A stretch of DNA of 64,000 nucleotides from Nitrososphaerota archaeon (GTDB taxonomy: Archaea > Thermoproteota > Nitrososphaeria_A > Caldarchaeales > Calditenuaceae). A program made the position numbers and the translations under genes. How positions within the stretch are numbered: the stretch's first letter is position 1; each line of letters opens with the position of its first letter. The stretch lies in NCBI GenBank assembly GCA_038845265.1, contig JAWBQR010000003.1, positions 1 through 64,000 of the forward strand. The letters run 5' to 3'. Positions 17,000-26,791 of the stretch are shown in pieces. The notes beneath the pieces were generated by a model. The model was not told the origin of the DNA, did no database searches, and was given only the letters and a program-made list of their open reading frames with translations.

Positions 17000-18358
17000 T
17001 TGAGGTGGCTCCTAGCAAATTTTGCCATTGGATTATTAGTGACAATGATGCTGATATCTGCAGTTAATGGGGCTAATGGTTTCAATGTTTTGAAAGATGA
17101 TAATTTAATGATAAAACTAAGCTATCCTGTCGAGGCTGAAGTCGAATCATGTATTAAAATAAATGTCGAGGTAACTACATTGAGAGCTGTTGAGAATCTG
17201 ACCGTCATCCTTAAGTTAACTTATGTAGCCGATTCTACCTTGAACAAATTCTTCGATAAAAAATTAATAGATAATGTTGATACCGACGGGCCTGAATTAG
17301 TTTATTCAAAGACACTGAACGTATGTCTACCGACAGTCACGAAACCTGACCCTTACGTAAAAGCTGAAGTAGCAGCGACATATTCCACCATCGATGATTC
17401 AAATCTTTATGGTGCTTTTTACATGCTAACGGTAAGGTCTCCTACATATAGTCAATTACTAAGCCAGTATAACGAGGCTAAGAAGACAATAGATGCTTTG
17501 AAGAGCGAGATCAGTGGTCTTAAATTGCAGATAGAGTTGTTGAATAATGAATTAGACTCTGCGAGGGAAGCAAATGCTGTTCTAAGTGCAAAACTATTCA
17601 TGATTAATAAAAATTATGAAGAACTCAAGAAAAAATATGAAGAAGTGCTGAAAAAATATGAAGACCTGAATACTCAATACATAAATCTTGTGCAAGATTA
17701 TGGATCCTTGAAAGGAACATATGAAGTCTTGATGAAAAACTATGAGACACTCCAAAAAGACTATCAAGACATTAGGAGAGACTATGAATTGGTTTCAAGA
17801 GAGTTAAGTACACTTCAAGCATTTTATAACGATCTGAAGGTAAGACACTCCGATCTCCAGGAAAGTTATGGAGAAGCTGTGAAAATGATCGGTGAATTAA
17901 AGGGTATAGCCGATGAACGGGAAAGAAACCTAAATATCTTGCAAGCTATGCTTTCACAAGCAGCAAGTGAGGGAAACATCGTTAAATCTCTGGCCGCTGC
18001 ACAAGCAGTAGGACTAGCGGGTATAGGAGGATACTTAGTTTACAGAAAGAAAGCAGAGAAGAGAAGACCTGTAGAGAAGACAAAAGAGGAGAATAAGGTT
18101 AGTAGTTCTGAAGATAGTTCAGTCAAAGTAAGTGAGGCTAAACAGGACGCTACTAGTTCAGTCGATATTAAAATTACTAAGCCATTAAAGATACTTTCCG
18201 GTAGGAGAGTTACTATTCCAATGAAAATTGCTGACGAACTTGGTTTAAAGGTAGGAGATTTAGTAAGAGTTTACAAGAACGGCGAGTATGTCATTATAAA
18301 GCCAGAAAGAGACCATTTAGGACCAAATAATGGGCAGAATCTTTCAGGGCCATCGTAA
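17000..18358 (+). CDS. Exported Ig-like/coiled-coil membrane-anchored protein with C-terminal AbrB/SpoVT domain
   Basis: Signal peptide, beta-rich domain, long Tyr/Leu heptad repeat, TM helix followed by RKK, then GRRVTIP..IADELGLKVGD.V (AbrB). Confidence 0.8.
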   Translation: MRWLLANFAIGLLVTMMLISAVNGANGFNVLKDDNLMIKLSYPVEAEVESCIKINVEVTTLRAVENLTVILKLTYVADSTLNKFFDKKLIDNVDTDGPELVYSKTLNVCLPTVTKPDPYVKAEVAATYSTIDDSNLYGAFYMLTVRSPTYSQLLSQYNEAKKTIDALKSEISGLKLQIELLNNELDSAREANAVLSAKLFMINKNYEELKKKYEEVLKKYEDLNTQYINLVQDYGSLKGTYEVLMKNYETLQKDYQDIRRDYELVSRELSTLQAFYNDLKVRHSDLQESYGEAVKMIGELKGIADERERNLNILQAMLSQAASEGNIVKSLAAAQAVGLAGIGGYLVYRKKAEKRRPVEKTKEENKVSSSEDSSVKVSEAKQDATSSVDIKITKPLKILSGRRVTIPMKIADELGLKVGDLVRVYKNGEYVIIKPERDHLGPNNGQNLSGPS

Positions 18359-18396
18359 CTATTTTTATAACCAATTGTTGAGACGAAAATTATTTT

Positions 18397-19185
18397 TTAT
18401 AGATGCTCAATTTTAATTGTGTTATTTATAATTCGTGCGGCACAAGGCTCAATTCCATAGTATCTACATGAAAAGATCGTTAAGAGTTTTTTGTCAAACA
18501 TATATTCACATCCCTTTGGTACTGGCTCGTGTGCTCTAATTAATATTTCTAAATCATTGTTCTGCAGGAATCTAATTAGAGCCCTTCTCCCAAATACTCT
18601 TGCACCCACGCCCCTCGGACTAGAAGAGAATTCTTCCACGTAGTAGGTAGGGTCATTCCACAGTATTTGAAATGCGGCTGGGTCAGTAACCTCCTCCTCA
18701 GGCCATCTAATACGCTCTATTTCTTCGATTTTTGTAATATTTTCTGGAATGCCGCCATGCATTAGAAGAAACTTATTATTAATTATGGCTACTAGAGGGA
18801 GATATGCGAACACTTCTACAAATATTCCATATGCACCTCTACCCAGTCTTTTGCTAACAACGTCATAAAATCCATATCCAAAATTCATTGATGGCGTTTC
18901 ATGATTACCACGAAGAAGAATAATTTTTCTTGGATGCTGAATCTTAAATTGCATGAGCTCAATTATATTCTCTATCTGGTACGGCCCCCTATCTACATAG
19001 TCACCTAGGAAAATATATGTCTCCGCCTCAGAGCCGAGTACATCCAATGTTGTGTCAACGTCACCATGAGTATCTCCTACTATTAATGCATCATTAGTTT
19101 CTATCTTGATGAGAGAGCCTTCTTTTTCAAGAATATGAATCATCTCATTCGCAAGAGACTTAATCTCATTAATGCTAGTTCTCAT
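18397..19185 (-). CDS. Serine/threonine protein phosphatase (PPP family)
   Basis: GDTHGD, GDYVDRG, LRGNHE, HGGI, LWNDP, IRAHE. Confidence 0.93.
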   Translation of the reverse strand: MRTSINEIKSLANEMIHILEKEGSLIKIETNDALIVGDTHGDVDTTLDVLGSEAETYIFLGDYVDRGPYQIENIIELMQFKIQHPRKIILLRGNHETPSMNFGYGFYDVVSKRLGRGAYGIFVEVFAYLPLVAIINNKFLLMHGGIPENITKIEEIERIRWPEEEVTDPAAFQILWNDPTYYVEEFSSSPRGVGARVFGRRALIRFLQNNDLEILIRAHEPVPKGCEYMFDKKLLTIFSCRYYGIEPCAARIINNTIKIEHL

Positions 19186-19252
19186 GGCACTTCACTAATG
19201 AAAATGGACCGGAAATAAATTGTTTAAAGATGAAAAATGAAGCCATCTTATT

Positions 19253-19789
19253 CTATATTGGTTTAAAGATATAGACAAGATTATCATCAGACAAATTCTT
19301 AGTTACAACTAGTTTGACACGCATCCCTGCTCTGAGAGATTTTAATCCATCTGCAATTACTCTTGCAAGAATTTTAATGTCATCTTGGAACTTAGCAATA
19401 CCTATTATATAGTCATCATGGTTTGAAAAGCTAGCGGGTTTGACATTAATCTGTGTATAGGTCAGGAGGACACCTTCATCATCTATTTTAAACCACTCCA
19501 TCTCACTTTCGTAGCAAACCGAACAGTCTGCTTGTGGAGGGAAGTACTTTGCACCGCATTTTTTGCATTTAGTAGCCATTATCTCTCCTCTTTTTAATCC
19601 ATCGTAGAATGGCATGATTCTCTTAACAGGAAGTAAGTATTTCAGTAGTAGCGTCCTTTGATCAATTAATAATGGGTCTTTTGTCTTATCATCACTTATT
19701 ATCGGTAATCCTGACTTTTTTGCTGCATCCTCAGAAAGTCTTTTTAAGTCTTCGTTAAGTTGTGAAGTTTTATCTTTAGTATTATTCAT
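19253..19789 (-). CDS. Zn-ribbon/OB-fold protein (DUF35), thiolase partner
   Basis: C-x2-C..YFPP..C-x2-C followed by an OB fold; downstream of the thiolase. Confidence 0.88.
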   Translation of the reverse strand: MNNTKDKTSQLNEDLKRLSEDAAKKSGLPIISDDKTKDPLLIDQRTLLLKYLLPVKRIMPFYDGLKRGEIMATKCKKCGAKYFPPQADCSVCYESEMEWFKIDDEGVLLTYTQINVKPASFSNHDDYIIGIAKFQDDIKILARVIADGLKSLRAGMRVKLVVTKNLSDDNLVYIFKPI

Positions 19790-19799
19790 ACCTCATCCC

Positions 19800-20975
19800 C
19801 TATGTTATTGAATAGACAAATACATATGCATAGTGTCCTGTACCACCGACGTTGTGTGAAAGTGCATTTCCGTTACGCACGTCAACCTGTCTTCCACGGT
19901 CTGCACTCCTTCTTAGCTGCTTGACTGCCTCAACGGCCATTGCCACGCCTGTAGCACCTATGGGGTGTCCCTTTGCTTTTAGTCCACCATCAACATTCAC
20001 TGGTATTAACCCACCTATGTAGGTCTGATGTTCCTTAGCAAGAATGTATCCCTCACCTCTCCGGGAGAATCCAAGGTCTTCGTAAGCTAAGATCTCCGCA
20101 ATCGTGAAGCAGTCATGAACCAGAGCGACATCTAAATTCTTAGCTGCTTTTTCATAATCAATCCCTGCTTCCTTGTATGCCATTTTGGCAGCCCTGACAC
20201 TTGATTCAAGACTCGTAAAATCTTTTCTTCTGCTTAGATTTGATGTTCCAGTCGCTACACCCATGCCCTTTATCCATACGGGCGAATCGGTAAGATTTTT
20301 CGCAACATCTTCTGAAGCAATGACGACAGCTGCTGCACCATCAGTTATTGGAGAGCAATCAAGTAGTTTTAACGGCCATGCAACATATTTTGAGGAAAGC
20401 ACTTCCTCCTTTGTTACCCTTTTCTGAAACTGCGCATATGGATTAATCGAGCCATAATAATGATTCTTTACAGCTACCTCTGCTAAATCTTCCTCAGTCG
20501 CTCCATATTTCGAGAAATACTCCGTAGCATAAAGTGCATAATATCCTGGAAAAGTAAGGCCAAAATTTTCAAACTCCCAGAAGAAATTCCCACTTCTTCC
20601 GAGCATCTCTATAACTATTTCCGGTAAGCTTTCGCTCATACGCTCTACACCTAATGCAACCGCAGTCTTTGCCTGTCCAGATGCCACGGTATTGCAAGCG
20701 GCATATATAGCAGCACTTCCTGAGGCGCATGCTGCCTCCACTCTTATAGAGCCTGCATTCTCAAAACCGCAGTACTCTGAGACGGCTACTGCCGGGAGTG
20801 GCTCTGATTGCCATAGCCCAAAAGAGCCTACGGCTATGAAATCAATATCTTTGGGCGTTAGGCCAGCGTCTTTTAAAGCTTCTTTGACAGCTACAAACGC
20901 AAGCTCCTTTATATTCATATCTGTGGATTTTCCAAATTTGCTTAAACCAACTCCGACGATTGCCACTCTTTGCAA
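19800..20975 (-). CDS. Thiolase (archaeal/SCP2-type acetyl-CoA acetyltransferase)
   Basis: EAACASG, HDCF, GHPIGATG, HNVGG. TTG at 20975 is the likely start; the ORF track extends to 21056. Confidence 0.92.
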   Translation of the reverse strand: MQRVAIVGVGLSKFGKSTDMNIKELAFVAVKEALKDAGLTPKDIDFIAVGSFGLWQSEPLPAVAVSEYCGFENAGSIRVEAACASGSAAIYAACNTVASGQAKTAVALGVERMSESLPEIVIEMLGRSGNFFWEFENFGLTFPGYYALYATEYFSKYGATEEDLAEVAVKNHYYGSINPYAQFQKRVTKEEVLSSKYVAWPLKLLDCSPITDGAAAVVIASEDVAKNLTDSPVWIKGMGVATGTSNLSRRKDFTSLESSVRAAKMAYKEAGIDYEKAAKNLDVALVHDCFTIAEILAYEDLGFSRRGEGYILAKEHQTYIGGLIPVNVDGGLKAKGHPIGATGVAMAVEAVKQLRRSADRGRQVDVRNGNALSHNVGGTGHYAYVFVYSIT

Positions 20976-21099
20976 CCAACTAACCCCGTAAGTCACTCGA
21001 CATTCTCCCATATTAATTATATTATTCTTATCAGCTACAATTAACGAAAAAATCACTGACCTTTAAATTCGAGGAGAATAGGCTATAAAACAGCTAGGA

Positions 21100-21756
21100 T
21101 TGAGAAGATCATTGACGATTCTCTTCGACCTGGACGGCACGCTTGTTGAGTATAAAATAAAGGGTGATGAAGCAAAGAAGGAATTTCTATACTATATAAG
21201 TGATATAGGATATCCAGTAAAAGAAATAGACCCCAACCTCCCCCTAGGCTTAATCATAAAACTACTATCAAAAAATTCAGAAGAAAGAGCGAAGGAACTA
21301 TTGAAAACAGCTAACCATATATATAAAAAATATGAGATTGAAGCAGCGAGATTAACGAAAACTAAAGAATTCGCAGTCGAAACACTAATGACTCTTAAAG
21401 ATAAAAAAATCAATGTAGGTGTTACTACTAATAATAGCAAAGAAGCAGTCATGCTATCTCTCAAGAAATCTAAACTGCTTGAATATATTGATGTGATAGT
21501 TACTCGTGATGATGTCGTAGAGATAAAGCCTTCTCCGGAGATGTTAATCAAAGCGGCATGCCTCTTAAAAGCCCCTCTAAACATGTGTATGCATGTAGGT
21601 GATTCATACGTTGATGTCATGGCTGCCAGATCTTCAGGCATGATGGCCGTTGCTGTAGTGGGTGGAGTTTCGCCAATTGATACTCTAAATAAATATCAAC
21701 CTCACTTCGTTATTAACGACCTTAGAGAACTATTAACACTTGTCAATGACTATTAA
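21100..21756 (+). CDS. HAD-superfamily hydrolase (phosphoglycolate phosphatase-like)
   Basis: FDLDGTL, TNN, KPSP, VGDSYVD. Confidence 0.9.
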   Translation: MRRSLTILFDLDGTLVEYKIKGDEAKKEFLYYISDIGYPVKEIDPNLPLGLIIKLLSKNSEERAKELLKTANHIYKKYEIEAARLTKTKEFAVETLMTLKDKKINVGVTTNNSKEAVMLSLKKSKLLEYIDVIVTRDDVVEIKPSPEMLIKAACLLKAPLNMCMHVGDSYVDVMAARSSGMMAVAVVGGVSPIDTLNKYQPHFVINDLRELLTLVNDY

Positions 21757-21806
21757 TCGGCATATTGAGTTGAGCTTATAAATAGCTTTGCTACATAGTT
21801 AACTAG

Positions 21807-22607
21807 TTGAGAAGAAAAAACTCATGCTATCTCTCGATAATTGCTTTTTTATTGATAATCTCATTTCTGTTTTTTAGCTCTCCGGGATTGTTATCAGCCA
21901 GCAAATCAGCAATAGTGGTCAAGTACGTTGAAGGAGCTGTTGGAGAATCTCTTAGCGAACTCATACCCGTAAGGATTAAAATTGTTTATTTAGTAGAGGG
22001 AAAGACGGTATCAAGAAATCCTCCCATTATGGCTTACATTGGAATTGGTGTCTATGCAAGAAGAACTGTCGTCAATAATGAAGTTGAGTTTTACCTCCCT
22101 CCAAGTAATTATTCATTGACGGTATTTTTGTCTGATAGAAGGCTCCCAACATGGAGAGATATAATTAAAATAAGCTCTCCTCTTCACATCACAGTAATTT
22201 ACGAAGAAACAAAGTATAAACCGCTAAAGATCGAAATAGTTGGAAATCACACCACCAATATCTCTAGGGCGACAGTAACTTTGGGACCTATTAATGGGCA
22301 ACGAGTTTACGCATCGCTTCCAGTACTATATTTCTGTGACCACTACGGTAATTTGTCAAAATATCCTGATCTACCTGAAAGTGGTGATTATCTATCAGCC
22401 TTACCCTACTACATGAGAATAGACAAAAAAGATCAAACCTACAACTCAAATAATGAATCTATTCAATTAATATCTTCTCCCTACTCTTTTCAATTTTTGG
22501 TTCCTGCAGATATTGCTTACGTAATTGAAGACCCTAGTTACGTGCCCATATTAATAATAAATGCAACCATTAGAGAGGTAGAGCATAAAAATGCTCAGCA
22601 TTATTGA
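21807..22607 (+). CDS. Hypothetical exported protein
   Basis: Basic N-terminus plus hydrophobic signal peptide; beta-rich mature region. Confidence 0.65.
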   Translation: MRRKNSCYLSIIAFLLIISFLFFSSPGLLSASKSAIVVKYVEGAVGESLSELIPVRIKIVYLVEGKTVSRNPPIMAYIGIGVYARRTVVNNEVEFYLPPSNYSLTVFLSDRRLPTWRDIIKISSPLHITVIYEETKYKPLKIEIVGNHTTNISRATVTLGPINGQRVYASLPVLYFCDHYGNLSKYPDLPESGDYLSALPYYMRIDKKDQTYNSNNESIQLISSPYSFQFLVPADIAYVIEDPSYVPILIINATIREVEHKNAQHY

Positions 22608-23118
22608 TTATTTTTACAGCCCAATAACGTGGATTATCATTAATGTAGGTATACTTATTGGCATAATTTTAGTAGTCAGAGCCACAAACAAGGTAAAGAA
22701 AATGCAAGAAGTCTTAACTATGAATAGATTATTTCAGGAGTTTCTTGATGCTTTGAATAAAAATGTCGATATGAAACAAAAAGAATTGTCGTCATATTAT
22801 GCTAACGCAATTATTAATTACCTAACATCCATTGGGTTTTCACGTATTGGTCAGGGGCAGACATTTAGGGAATTTATTGAGTCATTAAAGCTCTATAAAT
22901 TTATTCACGAGGAGTACCTTAACAATCTAATTAATCTATACGAATACGGGAGATTCAGTAGTGAGATAATTGATAGTCAAGACATTGAAAAATTGAAACT
23001 TATCTTGCTGGAGATAGGAAAATCTGCTAAGAGCTATGTTGAGAGACGACTTCGCGGAGAGCTATCAGGGCCTTCCGAGGATTGGGACCCAGAGGCCCAC
23101 CGAAAACTATCCCATTAA
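22591..23118 (+). CDS. Membrane-anchored protein with DUF4129-like domain
   Basis: N-terminal TM; GQTFREF...LYEYGRFS matches the DUF4129 pattern (T..E....YE..RF). Confidence 0.6.
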   Translation: MLSIIDYFYSPITWIIINVGILIGIILVVRATNKVKKMQEVLTMNRLFQEFLDALNKNVDMKQKELSSYYANAIINYLTSIGFSRIGQGQTFREFIESLKLYKFIHEEYLNNLINLYEYGRFSSEIIDSQDIEKLKLILLEIGKSAKSYVERRLRGELSGPSEDWDPEAHRKLSH

Positions 23119-23992
23119 CAGGCATTTTAAGTAGTTCCAGAATCTTAGAATGAACCTCTGCTGGTGTGCCAGCAATTGATAGTGAATCTACTAAATCTTT
23201 GGGAACTAAGCTTTGAACCTCTGGCCAGTGTCCTGCCCTAGTATGATGCCTGAGTAGTTCGACCTTCTTTGAGTTTAATCCATATTGCTGTAGGTAGTTT
23301 GGGCCCATTCCAAGCGCTAATATAGCTACATATGGCATCATTGTCTTTATTGCTTTATATTTATTCTCATCAATTGAAGTCATAACAGTTACTTCAATGC
23401 TGAACTGGTCTAAAATCCTATTGTTAGCCTCTAGTGTCTCCTTCACGGTCTCTACTGCTTTTTGTACAATATCCAAACCTGTGAAATTAATTAATACTCC
23501 GTCTCCGATCTTTGCTGCAAGTTTAAGCATGTTATATCCCTGAGCAGCTATATAGATTGGTATCTCTCCCCATTTTTTAAAATCGAGCCTAACATAATCG
23601 TCATATCTGTTACTCTCCAATAGCTTTTTCAAAGTATTTACGGTTTCCTCGACTTTTTTTATTGGCGCCTGTTGTTGAATTCCTAGGTTTTCTAGAGTTA
23701 GCCTATCTCCCGCGCCTATTCCTAAACATATTCTTCCAGGATAGATTTCAGATAGTGTGGCTGTAATTTGCGCGATGATGACTGGATGAATTACATAGGG
23801 GTTTAGAATTCCCATGCATATCTGTACTTTACGAGTGGCTTGACCGATAGCTATGCATGAAATAGCGGAGCTGCGATTATAGTAGTGTTCGCTTGTCCAG
23901 ATGGCATCAAATCCTAGTTTTTCGATTATGTTTGAATATATCTTTATTCTCCACAATGGGTCTTTAGGCGGCAACTCTATAGAGAATTTCAT
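23027..23992 (-). CDS. LLM-class F420-dependent oxidoreductase (Mer-like)
   Basis: W.SEHY.NR, NPY..HP, LGIGAGD, AAQG..ML..A..IGDGVLIN, GPLGP. Confidence 0.85.
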   Translation of the reverse strand: MKFSIELPPKDPLWRIKIYSNIIEKLGFDAIWTSEHYYNRSSAISCIAIGQATRKVQICMGILNPYVIHPVIIAQITATLSEIYPGRICLGIGAGDRLTLENLGIQQQAPIKKVEETVNTLKKLLESNRYDDYVRLDFKKWGEIPIYIAAQGYNMLKLAAKIGDGVLINFTGLDIVQKAVETVKETLEANNRILDQFSIEVTVMTSIDENKYKAIKTMMPYVAILALGMGPNYLQQYGLNSKKVELLRHHTRAGHWPEVQSLVPKDLVDSLSIAGTPAEVHSKILELLKMPVNGIVFGGPLGPNPRKALIALREVVSQHSS

Positions 23993-23994
23993 GC

Positions 23995-24252
23995 CTAATC
24001 TCTGACTCCGTACTTATTGAGAACACTTAGAGTCTTTTCGGGCTCGGCTGCTAAGTCAATTTTTAGCAATATAGAGATGGCATCTTTATTGTTGAGGGAG
24101 TTATTAATAAAGTAACTGGCAAGTTGTTCGCCTTCCATTGGACTTATCTTGGCCGTATTCATAGTCGTCAATGCGATATCCAATAATTCTTCTATTATTT
24201 TTTGTGATTGATGATGTCTAAGTAAAGATTCAACCATTGAGTCAGCCACCAT
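23995..24252 (-). CDS. Hypothetical protein
   Basis: 85-aa ORF ending 3 nt before the Mer-like gene on the same strand. Confidence 0.6.
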   Translation of the reverse strand: MVADSMVESLLRHHQSQKIIEELLDIALTTMNTAKISPMEGEQLASYFINNSLNNKDAISILLKIDLAAEPEKTLSVLNKYGVRD

Positions 24253-24315
24253 GTTGGCATTATTATTGTTAATAGGCGAAATATATATAATCAGCCTTAT
24301 TTATATGGTGGAGCC

Positions 24316-25011
24316 TTGGTGGGCTATATAGGTAAACGTTCAAGAATTCTGGGAAGAGTTATGGACGATGCAGTTGTACTAGGCCCCTCCTTCATCGATA
24401 ATGATACATTTATTGATGGCGACGTAACGCTTGGTTACCCAACTAGGAGTAAGTTAAAAGAAATTATCATCAAGAGTTATGATGAACTAGACAATATCAG
24501 TAATGGAGTGTTTATTGGTAAGAAATGTATCATTAGGAGAGGCTCAATAATTTATGAAAATTCTCAGCTTGAAGACGAAGTAGAACTAGGACACAATGTC
24601 TTAGTAAGGTCTGGTTCTAGGATTGGTAGAGGCACTAGGATTGGAAGTGGTGCTCAAATTGATGGAGATGTATTGATAGGTAAAGATGTCTCAATCCAGT
24701 CTTTAGCATACATACCAGCAAAGTCGAGAATAGGCAACAATGTATTCATTGGGCCATTAGTGTGTGTTACAAATGACCGTTACCCGCCTAGTAGAAAATT
24801 GGTCGGCGTAATAATAGAGGATGAGGCCGTGATAGGGGCTGGCTCAATACTGTTACCAGGAATAAGGATAGGAAAAGGGGCGGTAGTTGCTGCTGGATCA
24901 ATAGTCACTTCTGATGTCGAGGATAATAGTATTGTTTTAGGCTCACCGGCAAGGCTCCATGCCACGCGAGCAGAGTATGAACATAAGAAGAGAAAATATG
25001 AATCAGGATGA
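24316..25011 (+). CDS. Hexapeptide-repeat acyltransferase (sugar N-acetyltransferase-like)
   Basis: Left-handed beta-helix repeats, TNDRYPPS, VAAGSIVTSDV, GSPAR. Confidence 0.87.
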   Translation: MVGYIGKRSRILGRVMDDAVVLGPSFIDNDTFIDGDVTLGYPTRSKLKEIIIKSYDELDNISNGVFIGKKCIIRRGSIIYENSQLEDEVELGHNVLVRSGSRIGRGTRIGSGAQIDGDVLIGKDVSIQSLAYIPAKSRIGNNVFIGPLVCVTNDRYPPSRKLVGVIIEDEAVIGAGSILLPGIRIGKGAVVAAGSIVTSDVEDNSIVLGSPARLHATRAEYEHKKRKYESG

Positions 25012-25070
25012 TGCCCTAAAAAATTTTATTAATGAGGTTGTTTATGATTAATGGGGTCTCGAGAGTAGTA

Positions 25071-25379
25071 ATGGTAGATACCTGCCCCACATGCGGGCTG
25101 CCGAAGAACCTCTGCGTCTGCGGGACAATAAGTTATGAATCACAGCGAATAAAGATTAGGCTTGAAACGAAAAAATGGAATAAAACTACTACAGTAATCG
25201 AAGGACTGTCCGGAAGCATGATAAATATTGATGAAGTAGCATCTATACTAAAGTCTCGATGCGCATGCGGAGGAGCGGTCAAAAATGGACAGATTATTCT
25301 ACAAGGAGATCACAGAGAAAAGGCCCAGAAGATATTAATAGAGCTAGGGATAGCGGCCCAGAACATAGAAATTATCTAA
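25071..25379 (+). CDS. Translation initiation factor SUI1/aIF1 homolog
   Basis: CPTCGLP.NLC.C N-terminus, LKSRCACGG, LQGDHR. Confidence 0.93.
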   Translation: MVDTCPTCGLPKNLCVCGTISYESQRIKIRLETKKWNKTTTVIEGLSGSMINIDEVASILKSRCACGGAVKNGQIILQGDHREKAQKILIELGIAAQNIEII

Positions 25380-25695
25380 CAAAACCTCTAGTGCTAATTT
25401 TTGTTTTCGATAACTCCAATATTTTTTTACTTATCCCTTCCCTGATTTGCTCCCTTGTTAGCCCTTCTGTTTTTATCTCAAATTTCTTGGCGATTTCAAT
25501 TAATTTCCTATCCTCAGAATCTGTTTCATTCATAGTCGTCATGACCATTCCTTGAAGGTCTCTTTGTGCTTTTTCAAACTCGGCTCTTGCCTTTGCCAAC
25601 GCCCTCGCCATGTCTCTAATCCTTTCTGGTTTCCATAAGATCATTAAAATTACTATTACGGTAACGACAAACCATTCAATACCCTCAATAGGCAT
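25372..25695 (-). CDS. tatA: Twin-arginine translocase TatA/E family subunit
   Basis: G.EW, one TM, amphipathic ARALAKARAEFEKA, and an archaeal C-terminal KTEGLT.EQI..EI extension. Confidence 0.78.
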   Translation of the reverse strand: MPIEGIEWFVVTVIVILMILWKPERIRDMARALAKARAEFEKAQRDLQGMVMTTMNETDSEDRKLIEIAKKFEIKTEGLTREQIREGISKKILELSKTKISTRGFVR

Positions 25696-25725
25696 ATTGC
25701 TCTCTTCAGCGGTTTATTTAATTAA

Positions 25726-26667
25726 CTATCCTGACTGAGCTTCCAACTTGCCTTCAAGTGCGTCTTTTAGTCCTTTAAACCTGTTTCTAACTGTAACCTC
25801 TGTGACGCCTGCCGCTCTAGCGATATCTTTTTGCGTTACATTTTGGAGTGTTTCCTGGCATGCCATATAGAGAGCAGCTGCTGCAATTCCAACTGGATCT
25901 TTTCCAACGGTCGCTCCCTTAGAAGCAGCTTCATTTAGAAGCCTCAATGCTTCTTGAACGGTCCTTTCATCAAAATTCAATTTTGAAGCTATCTTGCTGA
26001 TATAGATGCTTGGATCAGCTACAGGTATCTTTAACCCAAGATGTTTGATGAGAAGCCTGTATCCCTGAGCAATTGTCTTACGCTTAACAAGTGGATAGGC
26101 TCTTTCAAACTCTCTTAGATCACGAGGTATTCCACTCATTCTACATGCTGCATATGCCGCTGCCGCCATGATGCTCCTAATTGACCTGCCTCTGACAAGC
26201 CCGGCTTTCAATGCTTTTCTGTAAATCATCATTGCTCTCTCAGCAACGGCCTGCGGCAGATGGAGCTTGTCAGTATATACTTCGAGCACATTTGCTGCCT
26301 GTTGTAAGTTTCTAGTCTCAGAGCCGTCAGTGTGAGATGTCTGGTCAAGCTTCTTTAGTTTAAGCATTTTTTCTCTGACCTCCTTCGGCAACTTTCTCCC
26401 TGCAGCATCTTCATCTATCCTGTCAATGACAGTAGAGAGCCCATGGTCTCTATACATAACTGATAGTGGAGCTCCAACTCTACTTCTGCTCTCTTCATCT
26501 TCATCCAAGTTACGCCATTCAGGGCCCCTATCAACATCTTTCTCTACTAAGACGTATCCACAATCTGCACAACTAACCTCCCCAGTCTTTGGGTCAGTAA
26601 TCAAGTTTCTACTACCGCACTCTGGACAGATAATATCTCCTTTCCAACTTTTTAATGGACTTGACAA
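25726..26667 (-). CDS. tfb: Transcription initiation factor IIB
   Basis: CPECG..CADCG Zn ribbon, GPEWR, SRVGAP, cyclin repeats, AGVTEVTVRNR. Confidence 0.96.
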   Translation of the reverse strand: MSSPLKSWKGDIICPECGSRNLITDPKTGEVSCADCGYVLVEKDVDRGPEWRNLDEDEESRSRVGAPLSVMYRDHGLSTVIDRIDEDAAGRKLPKEVREKMLKLKKLDQTSHTDGSETRNLQQAANVLEVYTDKLHLPQAVAERAMMIYRKALKAGLVRGRSIRSIMAAAAYAACRMSGIPRDLREFERAYPLVKRKTIAQGYRLLIKHLGLKIPVADPSIYISKIASKLNFDERTVQEALRLLNEAASKGATVGKDPVGIAAAALYMACQETLQNVTQKDIARAAGVTEVTVRNRFKGLKDALEGKLEAQSG

Positions 26668-26674
26668 TATTTTA

Positions 26675-26683
26675 CACCTCCTC
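26675..26683 (-). promoter_or_regulatory. Shine-Dalgarno site for tfb
   Basis: GAGGAGGTG lies 7 nt upstream of the TTG start. Confidence 0.6.
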
Positions 26684-26791
26684 TGGATAAAGATTTATTT
26701 TGGTCCACCTACTAATTAATAAGAATTTGTCATATATAAATCTTACTTTATGATACCTCAATTGTATATACTAATAGAATTTTTAGGTATA

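Noticed and set aside
17600-17830. Repetitive DNA (TATGAAGA-like units) as a possible CRISPR or tandem repeat
   Set aside because: The 21-nt periodicity reflects coiled-coil heptads; there are no identical repeats with unique spacers.
23027-23992. Mer as evidence of methanogenesis or the Wood-Ljungdahl pathway
   Set aside because: Mer-like LLM proteins are widespread in non-methanogens, and no other H4MPT genes are in the window.
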